Source: Nitrosopumilaceae archaeon
Lineage (GTDB): Archaea > Thermoproteota > Nitrososphaeria > Nitrososphaerales > Nitrosopumilaceae
NCBI GenBank assembly: GCA_965203465.1
Contig: CBDBCR010000003.1
Span: 256,001-320,000, forward strand
DNA length: 64,000 bases
Reading direction: 5' to 3'
Position numbers and translations under genes: made by a program. The notes under the pieces are model-generated. The model worked only from the letters and a program-made list of their open reading frames with translations, had not been told where the DNA came from and made no database searches. The first letter of the stretch is position 1, and each line of letters starts with the position of its first letter. Positions 19,585 to 29,740 of this stretch are shown here, piece by piece.

Positions 19585-21247
19585 AGAACGTCATCGCCTG
19601 CGAAAGCGCGCCGTCCCCGGTGGGCAGCACCCTGCCGGAGTGAACCACCTTGAACTCTAGTTCGAAGTTTCCGGAGGGCGCCAAGTCGGATCCGACGGTG
19701 ACGAACTGGCCGGGCGCCAGCTCTACGAACTCGCCGCCCGCCTTTACGAACGTGGCCAGCGTGCGGTACTCGTTGTCGCCCGAGTCGGTCCACGCGTCCA
19801 CCCGCAGCCGCACGCTCTCGACTGTCGGGCTTCCGGCGTTGGTCACCGTCTGCGAGACTGCCGGCGACTCTCCGCCGGTCACCAAGTCGAACGACACGGT
19901 GTCGCCAATCGAGACGGCGCAGTCCGACTGCGACAGGGCTATGCCGGCCTGCTGCGGCGAGATCTGCGCGGTGGCCGTGCGGGCCGCGTCCGTATAGTAT
20001 GGCGAGTACGAGGCGCTGCCGCTGATCCTCTCGGCCGGGCCCCTGTCCCAGTAGTTGAACGGCGCGAAGACCGGGGCCGCCGACAGGTTCACCAGATCGT
20101 AGCCGGTGTTTTCTATGAACGAGTTCCTGAACACCGTGAGGAACTGATCTATGGGGGTGTCCACGACGCGGAATATGTCGAGCTGCTCGCCCAGGTTGTC
20201 CTGGTGGACGCCGCAGACGGAGCCGGCGCACAGCAGTATCCCGTTGTGGCTGTCCCGGACGACGTTGTCGTAGATGCGCACGTTCGAGCCGTCCCCTCCC
20301 CAGATCACGACGGCCGCTTCTGGCACGGTTTCCGGGGTCCCGTTCAGGTACCTCAGGGCGTTGTTGTTGCTTACGAATGTGTTGTCGTATATCGAGAGGC
20401 TCGAATCGGCGCCGGCCAGCTTGCCCACGTCGTCGAACGTCTGCTCCGTCGCCTTTTGCACCCCGAACGCCAGCACGTTGGAGATCGTGTTGCCGTTCAC
20501 GTGCGCGTTCACGAGGCCGGCTTTGGCCAGGTTGATCCCCGCGAACGTGACCGTGTCTATGGTGTTGTTGGATATGAACAGATCTTTGTACAGGCCCGTC
20601 TCCGACAGGCGGATGGCGGTGTACAGGCGGCTCGACTGCTGATCCACCGTGGAGCCGGCCGGATGCAGCATGCCGATGTCGCGGAACAGGTTGTCGGACA
20701 CGCGCAGGTTCGTAAAAGCGGCCTGTGGATTCTGGGGCGGCGTATGCGGCCAGGGCGTCGCGGTGTTTAGGCCGAGTCCGTGGTTGCCCGTGTTGGAGAA
20801 CGTGTTGTTTGACACCGTTACGTTGGTCCTGTCTCCCCAGCCTATCTCGATCACCGAGGGGCCATAGCTCAGCGGGGCGATGTCCCTGAACACCAGGTTC
20901 TGCATCGTGACGTCGTCGCCGCGGATCTGAAACCAGCTCTCGCCCGTTATGACGGCGCCGGCCTCTCCGGTCACCGTCATCGGCTTCGAGATGATGCTGT
21001 GGCTCAAATTCGCGTGCGTGCCGCTGGAAAACGTCACGGTGCCCCCCGCGGTGACATCGTTGAAAGCGGCCTGCACTGTGCTTGTCGCGCTACCCGCCGT
21101 GATCGTGATGGCGCTCTGCGCGTATGCTGCCGGGAACGCCGCGCAGTCGGCGCACGGATCGCCTACAGACAAGGCCGCGACTGCAATGGCCAAAACTACG
21201 GCAGGCGCTGAGAGTCGGATGAACCCGCACGGGTTGCGCTTGAGCAC
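19568..21247 (-). CDS. Secreted right-handed parallel beta-helix protein
   Basis: Signal peptide; repeated xxISNNT(F/I) / xIYDN stacks. Confidence 0.75.
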   Translation of the reverse strand: MLKRNPCGFIRLSAPAVVLAIAVAALSVGDPCADCAAFPAAYAQSAITITAGSATSTVQAAFNDVTAGGTVTFSSGTHANLSHSIISKPMTVTGEAGAVITGESWFQIRGDDVTMQNLVFRDIAPLSYGPSVIEIGWGDRTNVTVSNNTFSNTGNHGLGLNTATPWPHTPPQNPQAAFTNLRVSDNLFRDIGMLHPAGSTVDQQSSRLYTAIRLSETGLYKDLFISNNTIDTVTFAGINLAKAGLVNAHVNGNTISNVLAFGVQKATEQTFDDVGKLAGADSSLSIYDNTFVSNNNALRYLNGTPETVPEAAVVIWGGDGSNVRIYDNVVRDSHNGILLCAGSVCGVHQDNLGEQLDIFRVVDTPIDQFLTVFRNSFIENTGYDLVNLSAAPVFAPFNYWDRGPAERISGSASYSPYYTDAARTATAQISPQQAGIALSQSDCAVSIGDTVSFDLVTGGESPAVSQTVTNAGSPTVESVRLRVDAWTDSGDNEYRTLATFVKAGGEFVELAPGQFVTVGSDLAPSGNFELEFKVVHSGRVLPTGDGALSQAMTFFASCG

Positions 21248-21468
21248 CCCCCCCCCCGGAGGATACTATAAAAACCCAATGTTCCGACTCGGGTAAGCGG
21301 TCGGGCCTGAATTCAAGCACGTCCGATCCACGCGTAGCGCTTTTCCGTGACTAGGCTATCCCACGACTTGGCCGCTTGCCGACTCGGGCCGCGCGATCCT
21401 TCCCGGAGCCTGCCGGGCGGAGAAAAAGACGCGCGGCAAAAACCTCGGATCAGGCCGGCGTGTCCGGG

Positions 21469-22560
21469 CTAGAAAATCGACTTTTTGAGGCGGCCTAGGA
21501 CGGTGCCTTTGCCGCGGGCCTGCCCGTCGGGGCTCAGTTCCAGTGCTTTGTCGTAGCACGCCGCGGCCTCCTCGTGCCGGCCCAGTTCCGCAAGCGAGTT
21601 GCTCTTGTACATGTACGCGAAATACGGGACCTGTTCACGGTACGCGTGTATGTCCTCCGGCGCCAGTTCCAGCACCCTGTCGAAGCAGGCCACCGCCTCT
21701 TCGTGCCGGCCCAACTTGGCGAGCAGGTTGCCCCGGTGCATGTGCGCAAAATGCGGAACCTTGTCCGCGGGCGCGCCGCCGTCGGCCGTGGCCAGCTCTA
21801 CAGCCTTGTCGAAGCATGCCAGCGCCTCTTCGTGCCGGTTCAGCTCGTCTAGCAAAGAGCCCTTGTCTAGGTGCGCGTGGACGTCGTCCGGCGCCAGCTC
21901 CACGGCCCTGTCGAAGCAGGCCAGCGCCTCTTCGTGCCGGTCCAGCTCCGCGAGCAGTTTGCCCTTGTGCATGTGCGCAAAATAGGGAACCGGATCCCGC
22001 GGCGCGCCGAGGCCGCCCCGCGCCGGCTCCGTGGCCCTCTCAAAGCAGGCCAGCGCCTCCTCGGGCCGGCCCAGCTCCGCGAGCGAGTTGCCCATGTCGA
22101 TGTGCGCGCGGCGGTGCTCGGGATCCAGCCCTATGGCCCTCTCAAAGCAGGCCACCGCCTCCTCGTGCCGTCCCAGGCGGGCAAGCGAGTCGCCCTTGTG
22201 CTCGTATGCAGGATGCAGTATCTTGTCCGCGTGCTCGCCGCCGCCCGGCGCCAGTTCCATGGCCCTCTCGAAGCAGGCCACCGCCTCCTCGTGCCTGTCC
22301 AGCTTGGCCAGTAGGTCGCCCTTGTCCAGGTGCGGCAGCGCGCCCCCCACCGCCAGATCCGCCGCCCTCCCAAAGCATGCCGCCGAGGCCTCGTAGTCGC
22401 CCATCTTGGCAAGCAGGGTGCCCTTGAAATGGTACGGCACGTAGTCGTCCGGCGCCAGTTCTATGGCCCTCTCGAAGCAGGCCACCGCCTCCTCGTGCCG
22501 GCCCATGTTGGCAAGCTTTATGCCCGCGTTGCGGCTCTTCAGGGCCTCGGACTCCCACAT
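21469..22560 (-). CDS. Tetratricopeptide repeat protein
   Basis: About nine 'KGxxLAxLGRHEEAxACFxRAxEL' repeats. Confidence 0.92.
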   Translation of the reverse strand: MWESEALKSRNAGIKLANMGRHEEAVACFERAIELAPDDYVPYHFKGTLLAKMGDYEASAACFGRAADLAVGGALPHLDKGDLLAKLDRHEEAVACFERAMELAPGGGEHADKILHPAYEHKGDSLARLGRHEEAVACFERAIGLDPEHRRAHIDMGNSLAELGRPEEALACFERATEPARGGLGAPRDPVPYFAHMHKGKLLAELDRHEEALACFDRAVELAPDDVHAHLDKGSLLDELNRHEEALACFDKAVELATADGGAPADKVPHFAHMHRGNLLAKLGRHEEAVACFDRVLELAPEDIHAYREQVPYFAYMYKSNSLAELGRHEEAAACYDKALELSPDGQARGKGTVLGRLKKSIF

Positions 22561-22734
22561 CGAGCAGCGCCGCGCCCTTCCTTCTTATACGGTTTTGGTG
22601 CCGGACGGGGTTGTTGCACAATTCCCCCGCGAATCGCCCAAAGCGGCGGATTCCGTCGTTTTGGGGGCTCGGCGGCGGGCGAGGCGGTCCGATTCTGCCA
22701 GGGGCCGTTTCCGGCCCGTCCGGGCTCTTGCCGA

Positions 22735-23620
22735 TTACCCCGCAGCGGCAGTTTCCGCGTCGCACCGGATCCGGTTGAGCGCGCGCACGTTCGACGTTGC
22801 CGCGAGCAGCACGCCGAACCTCTCCTGCGTCTCTTTTCTTGTACCTGCAGAGCAGCCGGTGGGCGCGCGTCTCCTCCGCCCCGAATATGCCCTCGACCAT
22901 CCTGCGATTCCGGTAGCGCCACAGATCGAACAGGGCCGCGGCCCTGCGGCGGAACCGCTTGCCGACGTTGCGCCTGTTGCCGCCGTTCTCCCCGCTCTGA
23001 TCGATGTTGGGGCGCATGTCCGTGTCGAAGGCGGCCTCGCAGTTCCGGTCCGAGTCGTACCCCCTGTCGGCGTGGGACCGCCAGCCGGCGAAACCGCGCC
23101 CCAGTTTCTTGGACTTTTCAAAAAGCGACGGCGGCATGTCGGTGTCGGCCACGTTGCTGGGCGTCATCGCGCACGAGAGTATTATCTGCCGCTTCAGCAC
23201 CGCGAAAACGTGCAATTTCAGGTGCGATTTTACGTGCTCTATGGTCTCTGCCGGTCTTTTTGTCCAGTTTCACCCTGTCTTCGTACCTGTCGGTCTTCAC
23301 GCCGGTGCTGTCCGCCGCCGTGTCGACCTCGCCCGCCCCGCCGATCCCGGCCCGTTCCAGGCACGCGTTGGCGATCGTCGCCAGCACCCTTTCGAGCCAC
23401 TCCATGTCGAGCGCCGCGTGCGCCCTGAAAATGGTCGTGTGGTCGGGAACGAGCCCGTTCAGATCCAGGTTCCACGACGCTGCCGCGTTCTCGGCTTTCT
23501 GGTAGATGCTGAAGTGGTTCATCAGGATGCACACGGCGGCCATTTCGGCAAGGGGGTGCGCTCTTTTCCGGCCTCGGGCTCTTGCGCGCCGGCTCGGGCG
23601 GCGGGTCTTCCCCCACCGTC
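22735..23620 (-). pseudogene. Frameshifted IS5-like DDE transposase
   Basis: PDHTTIFR, AADSTG, HADRGYDS and YRNRRMVEGIF motifs spread over different frames. Confidence 0.8.
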
Positions 23621-23691
23621 TATAGCGAGATCAAAAAGTTTTTGCAATGGGTTTTGCAAAGAGGACTTTTTCAACGTCTATGTTGAAGTGG

Positions 23692-24805
23692 TATAGTTCT
23701 GGACAAAAGTTCGCCGTCAAAACTTGGCGTATCTTTTCGGGCGCTGGTTCATGCACTTGATCGGATCTATGTTGTAGTGCACGGTCCTGTAATGCTCCGA
23801 CAAGTCTTTGCAAAAGTCTTCGAACGATGCGTGGTACTTGTACGAGACGCTCGATCTGCTCTTGACTAGCCACATGTGCTCGGCCGGATTCACGTACGGC
23901 GAACCGACGGGCGTATACCGCAAGACGATCTCCGGGTTGTCGCGCAAAAACTCCTGAACCTTGCGCGATTGGTGGTACGACGCGCGGTCTTCGTATATGA
24001 GGAGCGGCCCGAACCGCCTGTGCGCTTCCTTGAGAAAATCGATGAACGTGTCGGAGTTGGCCCTGTCGTACAGCCGGACCATGTGTCTTGTGTCTTCCAG
24101 CAACAGCCCGTGCGCCGACACTTTTTGGGGGTCGTTGGTGAAGGTTCCGCTTACCGGCGTGCCTTGCTCCGTCCAGAACAAGGCGTTGGACTTGTCGTCC
24201 CTGCGGTGGTGCGACTCATCCCCCCACCCCACGGTGCGCCCTTTGCGCCTGTGGTAGGCAATAACGCGCCTTTCGCGCTTCTGCCACTTGCTCACGGCGG
24301 CCGGGCTGGCGTGGTTTACGTGGACGTACTGTATTTTCTTGGGAGAGAGGTTGCGGCCGCGCATGAGCCTCAGGACATGCCTGCTGCTGTAGCCCACGCC
24401 GGTCTTCCGTTTTATCGCGTCGCTGACCTCGTGCGGCCGCACCCGTTTCCGGGACGCGTCGTCTATGATCTTGTTGAGTTTGTCTTTCCTTACCTTGGGC
24501 GGCCTTCCTGCACGCGGACGGTCGCGGAGGGCGTCCAGCCCGCCGCTCTCGTACCTGTCCACCCACTGCCGCACCCAGTCGTCGGACATCATCAGGCTCT
24601 GCGCAACATCGTCGACTCGCTGTCCTTGCACCGCCACCATGTTGACGGCCACTATGCGCAGGCTGACCCGGGCGTCCTTTTCCTTCTTGAGTGCCTTTTT
24701 CAGCACCGTTGACGTGTTAGTCATGGGTGTAGCCTGATCCCGTAGTAAATAAGTGCGTGAGAAAAAAATTGTTGACAAACCGACGAATTTTCGTCCAGAA
24801 CTATA
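23692..24805 (-). mobile_element. IS630-family element (inner)
   Basis: Ends TATAGTTCTGGACAAAAGTTCGCCG and (reverse complement) TATAGTTCTGGACGAAAATTCGTCG; TA duplicated. Confidence 0.88.
23717..24725 (-). CDS. IS630 transposase (inner element, apparently intact)
   Basis: HTH with DRPRAGRPPK; GDESH, YEDRASYH, SPYVNPAEHMW catalytic motifs. Confidence 0.88.
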
Positions 24806-25774
24806 TTCGTTGCAGAAGTTCTCGACCGCGGTTATCCTGTCGTCTGCAGATTCGTAATGTATGAAGTTGAATCGATTCGATTTCAGCACGCTCCAGAATC
24901 TCTCGACGGCGTTCAATTCAGGCCAGCCCGTCGGAAAGTACCTTACGCGCAGCCGGTCGGGGTTGTCTTTGATCAGCTTCTGGACGGCGCACGACCGGTG
25001 TACGGGGGACTTGTCCAGGATGAGGGCGATCTTGCCGCGCTTCATCAAGGCCTTGAGAAAGTCCACCGCCTCTTTAGCGCGGAACCTGTCCGTGATCCAG
25101 CACACCGGCTGCCCGTCGGGGGAGAGGGCCGCAGTCACCACGATCTTGTCGTGCTTTCCGTCGTACCGGGAGTAGACCCTCTGCCCCTGCGGAGACCACG
25201 GGCCACGTTTGTTGTCGTAGTCTAGCGTGAGGTTGGATTGATCCGCCACGTACATCAGAAATCCGTCCTTTCTCAGGCGTAAAATCCACCGTTTCGTGGA
25301 TCTCTGCCACGCTATCACCGCCTCGATCATGGCGCGCCTAAAGTACACCGGCATCGGGACCTTGCGCGTCCATTTCATCTTGTTCAAGCGATACCTGATC
25401 ATGGCAGCGGTGCATTTGACTCCGGTTTTCTTAGTCGCCTTCTCTGCGACAAGGGACGGGATCATGGGGTTGGCTTCTTTGATGAACTTGTCGAGCGTCT
25501 GGTTCTCTATCTTGGGCGGCCTGCCGGAGCGCGGCTTGTCGTCTAGGCCGTCCGGGCCGTGCTTTAGGAACCGGCCGCGCCACGACTTGACCGTGTTGTA
25601 CGACTTGCAGAAGATCTCGGCGACTTCCGTGATCGACTTATTGTTGATCTGGAGGTGCAGCATGGCGAGAAACCTTTCTCGCTTTTTTGCATTGGTCTCT
25701 TTCTTGTAAAGCATGACGAGCTCTTCGTTTGACACCTTCACGCGCGTCGTGAAAAGCATACCCCCTATAAACAT
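24804..25774 (-). CDS. IS630 transposase (outer element), interrupted near its C-terminus and fused in frame to the inner transposase
   Basis: DKPRSGRPPK, ADQS, LDKSPVH, WPELNAVERFW; the displaced C-terminus lies at 23631-23693. Confidence 0.85.
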
Positions 25775-26159
25775 TTCGATTTAGATTGATGGATTTTGCA
25801 GAAACTTTTCGCGACCGCTATACTTGACGTAGCCGACGACGAAACCGTTTTCTGAGGCGCGCGCTTTGTGGTACCCGGGCAAGTAGCCGTCCCGCCGTTG
25901 GTGCTTCAACGGCGGGGTGGCGCTGGCCGCGATCAATAAGCGTAGCGGTTGGAAAAAATCGACAGTTTGCCGGAAAAAACTGATCCGCGCGGCCCCCCTG
26001 CGGGCGCCCGGCCTCGGATGCGACGGAATCCGTCATTCTGGGGAATTATGCAACAACCCCGTGCGCCGATGAAAAACCGTCCCGGACGGCGCGATCCCGC
26101 GGGCCGGACGCGGCGGAATGCGCAGGGCGCGGGCGTTCCGACCCGCATGTTCGGCCCGA

Positions 26160-26810
26160 TCACTCTTCCAGCCGGGCCAGGGCGGCCGCCTTTTCGCGGA
26201 GCGCCCGCTCGTCGCCGGGCTTTATTTCGAGCGCCTCGCCGTAGCACGACGCGGCCTCTTCGTGCCGGTTCAGCCCCACGAGCAGCCCCCCTTTGTACAT
26301 GCACGCAAGGTAGGTAAACTTCTCCCTGCTTTCGGGCGCGTCCGGCGCCGTGGCTATGGCCTTCTCAAAGCACTCCACCGCCTCCTCGCCGCGCCCCAAG
26401 TCCGCAAGCAGTTTGCCCTTGTGCATGTATGCAAAATGCGGGATCCTGTACGGGTACGAGACGCCGTCCGCGGTGGCCAGAGTTATGGCCCTCTCGAAGC
26501 AGGCCAGCGCCTCCCGGTGCAGGCCCAGCGCCGCGAGCGAAGAGCCCTTGTCCAGATGGGCGTAAACGTCGCCCGGCTCCAGATCTAGGGCCACCTCAAA
26601 GCAGGCCAGCGCTGCCCGGTGCATGCCCAGAGCTGCGAGTGAAGAGCCCCTGTGCATGCACGCAGAAAGGAGAACCGCGTCCCGGCTCTCGCCGGCGTCC
26701 CGCGCCATGTCCATGGCGCGATCAAAGCATGCCAGCGCCTCCTCGTGGCGCCCCGCGCGCGCAAGCTCTACGCCCCTGCGGTTTTGCTCCAATGCCTCCT
26801 GCTCCCCCAC
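26160..26810 (-). CDS. Tetratricopeptide repeat protein
   Basis: TPR repeats related to 21469-22560; same upstream TATA motif. Confidence 0.88.
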   Translation of the reverse strand: MGEQEALEQNRRGVELARAGRHEEALACFDRAMDMARDAGESRDAVLLSACMHRGSSLAALGMHRAALACFEVALDLEPGDVYAHLDKGSSLAALGLHREALACFERAITLATADGVSYPYRIPHFAYMHKGKLLADLGRGEEAVECFEKAIATAPDAPESREKFTYLACMYKGGLLVGLNRHEEAASCYGEALEIKPGDERALREKAAALARLEE

Positions 26811-26910
26811 GGGCCGCGCCGCGCCCCGCCTTCTTATACGGTTTTGCCGGCCACCGCGCCCGGGCCGCCCCGCGCGAAAGATACTATACGGCCCCGCCCG
26901 CCCCCGCGCC

Positions 26911-27990
26911 ATGGTCTTCGAGCTGTGGCCGCGCGGGGCGCAGCCAGCCCAGGGCCACAGGCCGCCACCCCACGGCGGCCCGGCCTCGGCGCCTGGGATG
27001 CCGCCCGGCACCATAGACTTCAGCTCCAGCATAGGGCCGCTGCGCATGCCGCGCAGCATACGCGCCGCGCTCAAAAAGTCCGCCCGCCTGGCCGAAGACT
27101 ATCCCGATCCGTCCGCCTCGGGCCTGGCCTCGGCCCTCGCAGAATCGGTGCGCGTGCCGCGCTCGAGCATAGTGCCGGGCGGCGGCGCCGTCGAGCTGAT
27201 ACACGGCATAGCCCGCTCGCTGCTGGCCGGCCGCCGCGTCCTGGTCTGGGCGCCCACTTTCTCAGAGTACGCCTCGGCGGCCAGGCTGGCCGGCTGCCGC
27301 GTCCTCTCCCAGTACGGCGGCGATCTTGGCGAGTTCGCCTCGAGGCTCCCGCGCGGCGGCTGCGCGTTTTTGTGCAACCCCAACAACCCGACCGGCTCGA
27401 TGGCGACGGCAAGGCAAATTCTGCGCGTCGCAAAAGAGGCCGAATCGCGCTCGTGCATCCTGGTGGTGGACGAGTGCTTTATAGAAATGTCCGACGCGCC
27501 GTCCGAATCCGTGATCGGCTCGGCGGCCTCGCGCCCCAACCTCATAGTCCTCAGATCCCTGACCAAGGCGTTCGGCCTCGCGGGGCTGCGCGCGGGCTAC
27601 GCGGCCGCGCCGCGGCGCATAGCGCGCGTCCTGGAGTCGGCCCGCGTTCCGTGGAGCGTCAACGCGCTCGCGCAGAAAGCCGGCGCGCTAGCCGCCGCCG
27701 ACCCCGGGCACCTTGCCATGACGCGCGCGGCCGTGGCGCGCGAGCGCGCCTACATCGAAAGGGGCGTGCGCGCCATAGCGGGGCTGGAGGCGTACCCGTC
27801 GTCGGCCAACTTTCTGCTTCTGCGCTCGCGGCGCAGCTCGCGCGCGCTCAGGAAAGCCTTGCTGGCGCGGCGCGTGCTGGTGCGCGACTGCTCGGACTTT
27901 GACGGCCTGGACGGCCACCACGTGCGCGTCTCGGTCCGGACCAGGCCGGACAACAGGAAGCTGCTCGCCGCGCTGGGGGCCGAGGCGTGA
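26911..27990 (+). CDS. Threonine-phosphate decarboxylase (cobalamin), PLP aminotransferase class I/II
   Basis: HGG, DFSSS, CNPNNPTG, DECF, SLTKAFGLAGLRAGY; first gene of the cob cluster; start uncertain. Confidence 0.85.
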   Translation: MVFELWPRGAQPAQGHRPPPHGGPASAPGMPPGTIDFSSSIGPLRMPRSIRAALKKSARLAEDYPDPSASGLASALAESVRVPRSSIVPGGGAVELIHGIARSLLAGRRVLVWAPTFSEYASAARLAGCRVLSQYGGDLGEFASRLPRGGCAFLCNPNNPTGSMATARQILRVAKEAESRSCILVVDECFIEMSDAPSESVIGSAASRPNLIVLRSLTKAFGLAGLRAGYAAAPRRIARVLESARVPWSVNALAQKAGALAAADPGHLAMTRAAVARERAYIERGVRAIAGLEAYPSSANFLLLRSRRSSRALRKALLARRVLVRDCSDFDGLDGHHVRVSVRTRPDNRKLLAALGAEA

Positions 27991-28802
27991 AAGTAATGGT
28001 GCAGGGCACCTCGTCGGGTGCCGGCAAGACCACGATGGTGTCCGCGCTGTGCAGGATCTTTTCGGACGCGGGATACAGGACGGCCCCGTTCAAGGCGCAG
28101 AACATGTCCCGGTTCTCGCACCGCGGGCGCGGCCTGGAGATATCGCGCGCGCAGGCGATCCAGGCGCGCGCGGCGCGCGCGCGCCCCTCGCAGGACATGA
28201 ACCCCATACTGCTAAAGCCGCGCGGCGACAGCACCAGCGAGGTCTTCGCGATGGGCAAGAGCCTGGGCGCCATGGACGCCGCCCAGTACTACCGGTTCGC
28301 CGCCGAAAGGGGCATGGGCATGGTGCGCGCCTCGCTCCGGCGCCTGGCCTCGGAGAACGAGGCGCTCGTCATAGAGGGGGCCGGCTCGCCCGCCGAGATA
28401 AACGTATACGACATTGCAAACATGGCCACGGCGCGCGCGGCGCGCGCCCCCGTGCTGCTCGTCTCGGACATGGAGAGGGGCGGCGCGTTCGCCTCGGTGG
28501 CCGGGACCCTAGCGCTGCTGCCCGCGCGCGACCGCGCCCGCGTGCGCGGCCTGGTCATGAACCGGTTCCGCGGCGACCTGAAAATCCTGGAGCCGGGCCT
28601 GCGCCGCATATCAAGGATGACCGGCGTGCCCGTGCTCGGCGTGGTGCCGAGCATCCGCGTCGGGCTGCCCGAGGAGGATTCGCTCGGCTCGGGCGGGCGC
28701 GCGGCGCGCACGGCGCGCGGCTTGGAAAGAAGCATAGACGGGCTCGCAAAAGCCGTAAAAGGCAGCGTGGACGCGGGTGCCGTCATGGAGCTGGCGCGTT
28801 GA
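27987..28802 (+). CDS. cobQ: Cobyric acid synthase, N-terminal synthetase domain only
   Basis: QGTSSGAGKT, PFKAQNMS, MNPILLKP, IEGAGSPAEIN, LPEEDS; only 271 aa. Confidence 0.88.
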   Translation: MKVMVQGTSSGAGKTTMVSALCRIFSDAGYRTAPFKAQNMSRFSHRGRGLEISRAQAIQARAARARPSQDMNPILLKPRGDSTSEVFAMGKSLGAMDAAQYYRFAAERGMGMVRASLRRLASENEALVIEGAGSPAEINVYDIANMATARAARAPVLLVSDMERGGAFASVAGTLALLPARDRARVRGLVMNRFRGDLKILEPGLRRISRMTGVPVLGVVPSIRVGLPEEDSLGSGGRAARTARGLERSIDGLAKAVKGSVDAGAVMELAR

Positions 28803-29740
28803 TAGGGCTGGCCGTGGCGGCCTGCGCGCTGTGCCTCGACATGGCCCTAGGCGATCCGCCAAACAGGTACCACCCTACCGCGTGGATGGGCTCGGCGCTC
28901 TCGCCGGTCTGGCGCGCGTCGGGCGCGGGCCCGCGCGCGCAGAGAGCGGCCGGCGCCTGCGCGGTGCTGGCCGTGGCCGGCTCGGCGGCCGCGTGCGCCG
29001 CGCTGCTCGGCTCCGCGCTCGGCGTGCTGCCCTGGGCCGCGGCGGCAGAGGCGGTCGCCGGCGTGCTGCTGCTAAAGTCGACGGTGGCCGTGCGCGGCAT
29101 GGGCAGGCACGCCATGGCCGTGCACGGGCTGCTTGCGCGCGGCGACGTCGAGGGCGCGCGCGCCGGCCTGGCCACCATAGTCAAGCGCAGGACCGGCGGC
29201 CTCGACGGCGGGCGCGTGGCCTCGGGGGCGGTCGAGAGCGTCGCCGAAAACACGGTGGACGGCGTGACCGGCCCGCTGTTCTGGTTCGCCATCTTGGGCC
29301 TGCCCGGCGCGCTGGCCTACAGGGCCGTCAACACCGCGGATTCCATGATGGGGTACAGGACGCCCATGTTCAAGAATCTCGGGTGGTTCGCCGCGCGCGC
29401 CGACACCGCCCTCAACTACGTTCCGGCGAGGCTGACGGTGCCCGCCCTTGCGGCTGCGGCCCTGCTGCTGGGCCGCGACTGGAGGGGCTGCCTGCGGTGC
29501 GCCCTCTCCGAGGGCGGCTCGGTGCAGAGCCGCAACGCGGGGTACCCCATGGCCGCCATGGCCGGGGCCCTCGGCGTGCGCCTCGAAAAAGAGGGCTGCT
29601 ACGCCCTCGGCTCCGGGCCGGCGCCCGGGCCGCGCCACATACCCCAGGCCGTCGGCATGATGAGGGCCGCCTCGTGGCTGTTCCTGCTCTCGGTCGGCGC
29701 GCCGGCCATGGCCCTTTTGTGGTGGCTTGCCAATGCATAG
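28799..29740 (+). CDS. cbiB: Adenosylcobinamide-phosphate synthase CobD/CbiB
   Basis: GDPPNRYHP, ESVAENTVDG, YRAVNTADSMMGY, NAGYPMAAMAG motifs. Confidence 0.92.
   Translation: MIGLAVAACALCLDMALGDPPNRYHPTAWMGSALSPVWRASGAGPRAQRAAGACAVLAVAGSAAACAALLGSALGVLPWAAAAEAVAGVLLLKSTVAVRGMGRHAMAVHGLLARGDVEGARAGLATIVKRRTGGLDGGRVASGAVESVAENTVDGVTGPLFWFAILGLPGALAYRAVNTADSMMGYRTPMFKNLGWFAARADTALNYVPARLTVPALAAAALLLGRDWRGCLRCALSEGGSVQSRNAGYPMAAMAGALGVRLEKEGCYALGSGPAPGPRHIPQAVGMMRAASWLFLLSVGAPAMALLWWLANA

Larger units (their letters stand above)
23621..25822 (-). mobile_element. IS630-family element (outer)
   Basis: Ends TATAGCGAGATCAAAAAGTTTTTGCAA and (reverse complement) TATAGCGGTCGCGAAAAGTTTCTGCAA; flanking TA dinucleotides. 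Confidence 0.85.
22607..26060 (-). mobile_element. Decayed IS5/IS4-like element, interrupted by nested IS630 elements
   Basis: Inverted repeats GGGGTTGTTGCACAATTCCCC (22607-22627) and GGGGAATTATGCAACAACCCC (26040-26060), 20/21 match; transposase fragments inside. Confidence 0.8.

Noticed and set aside
23717-25774. 685-aa ORF as a novel natural two-domain transposase family
   Set aside because: Internal TIRs, the TA duplication and the displaced C-terminus show it is a nested insertion.
22595-26072. Target-site duplication for the IS5-like element
   Set aside because: No direct repeat is visible on the two flanks, so the exact ends (plus or minus 2 bp) stay uncertain.
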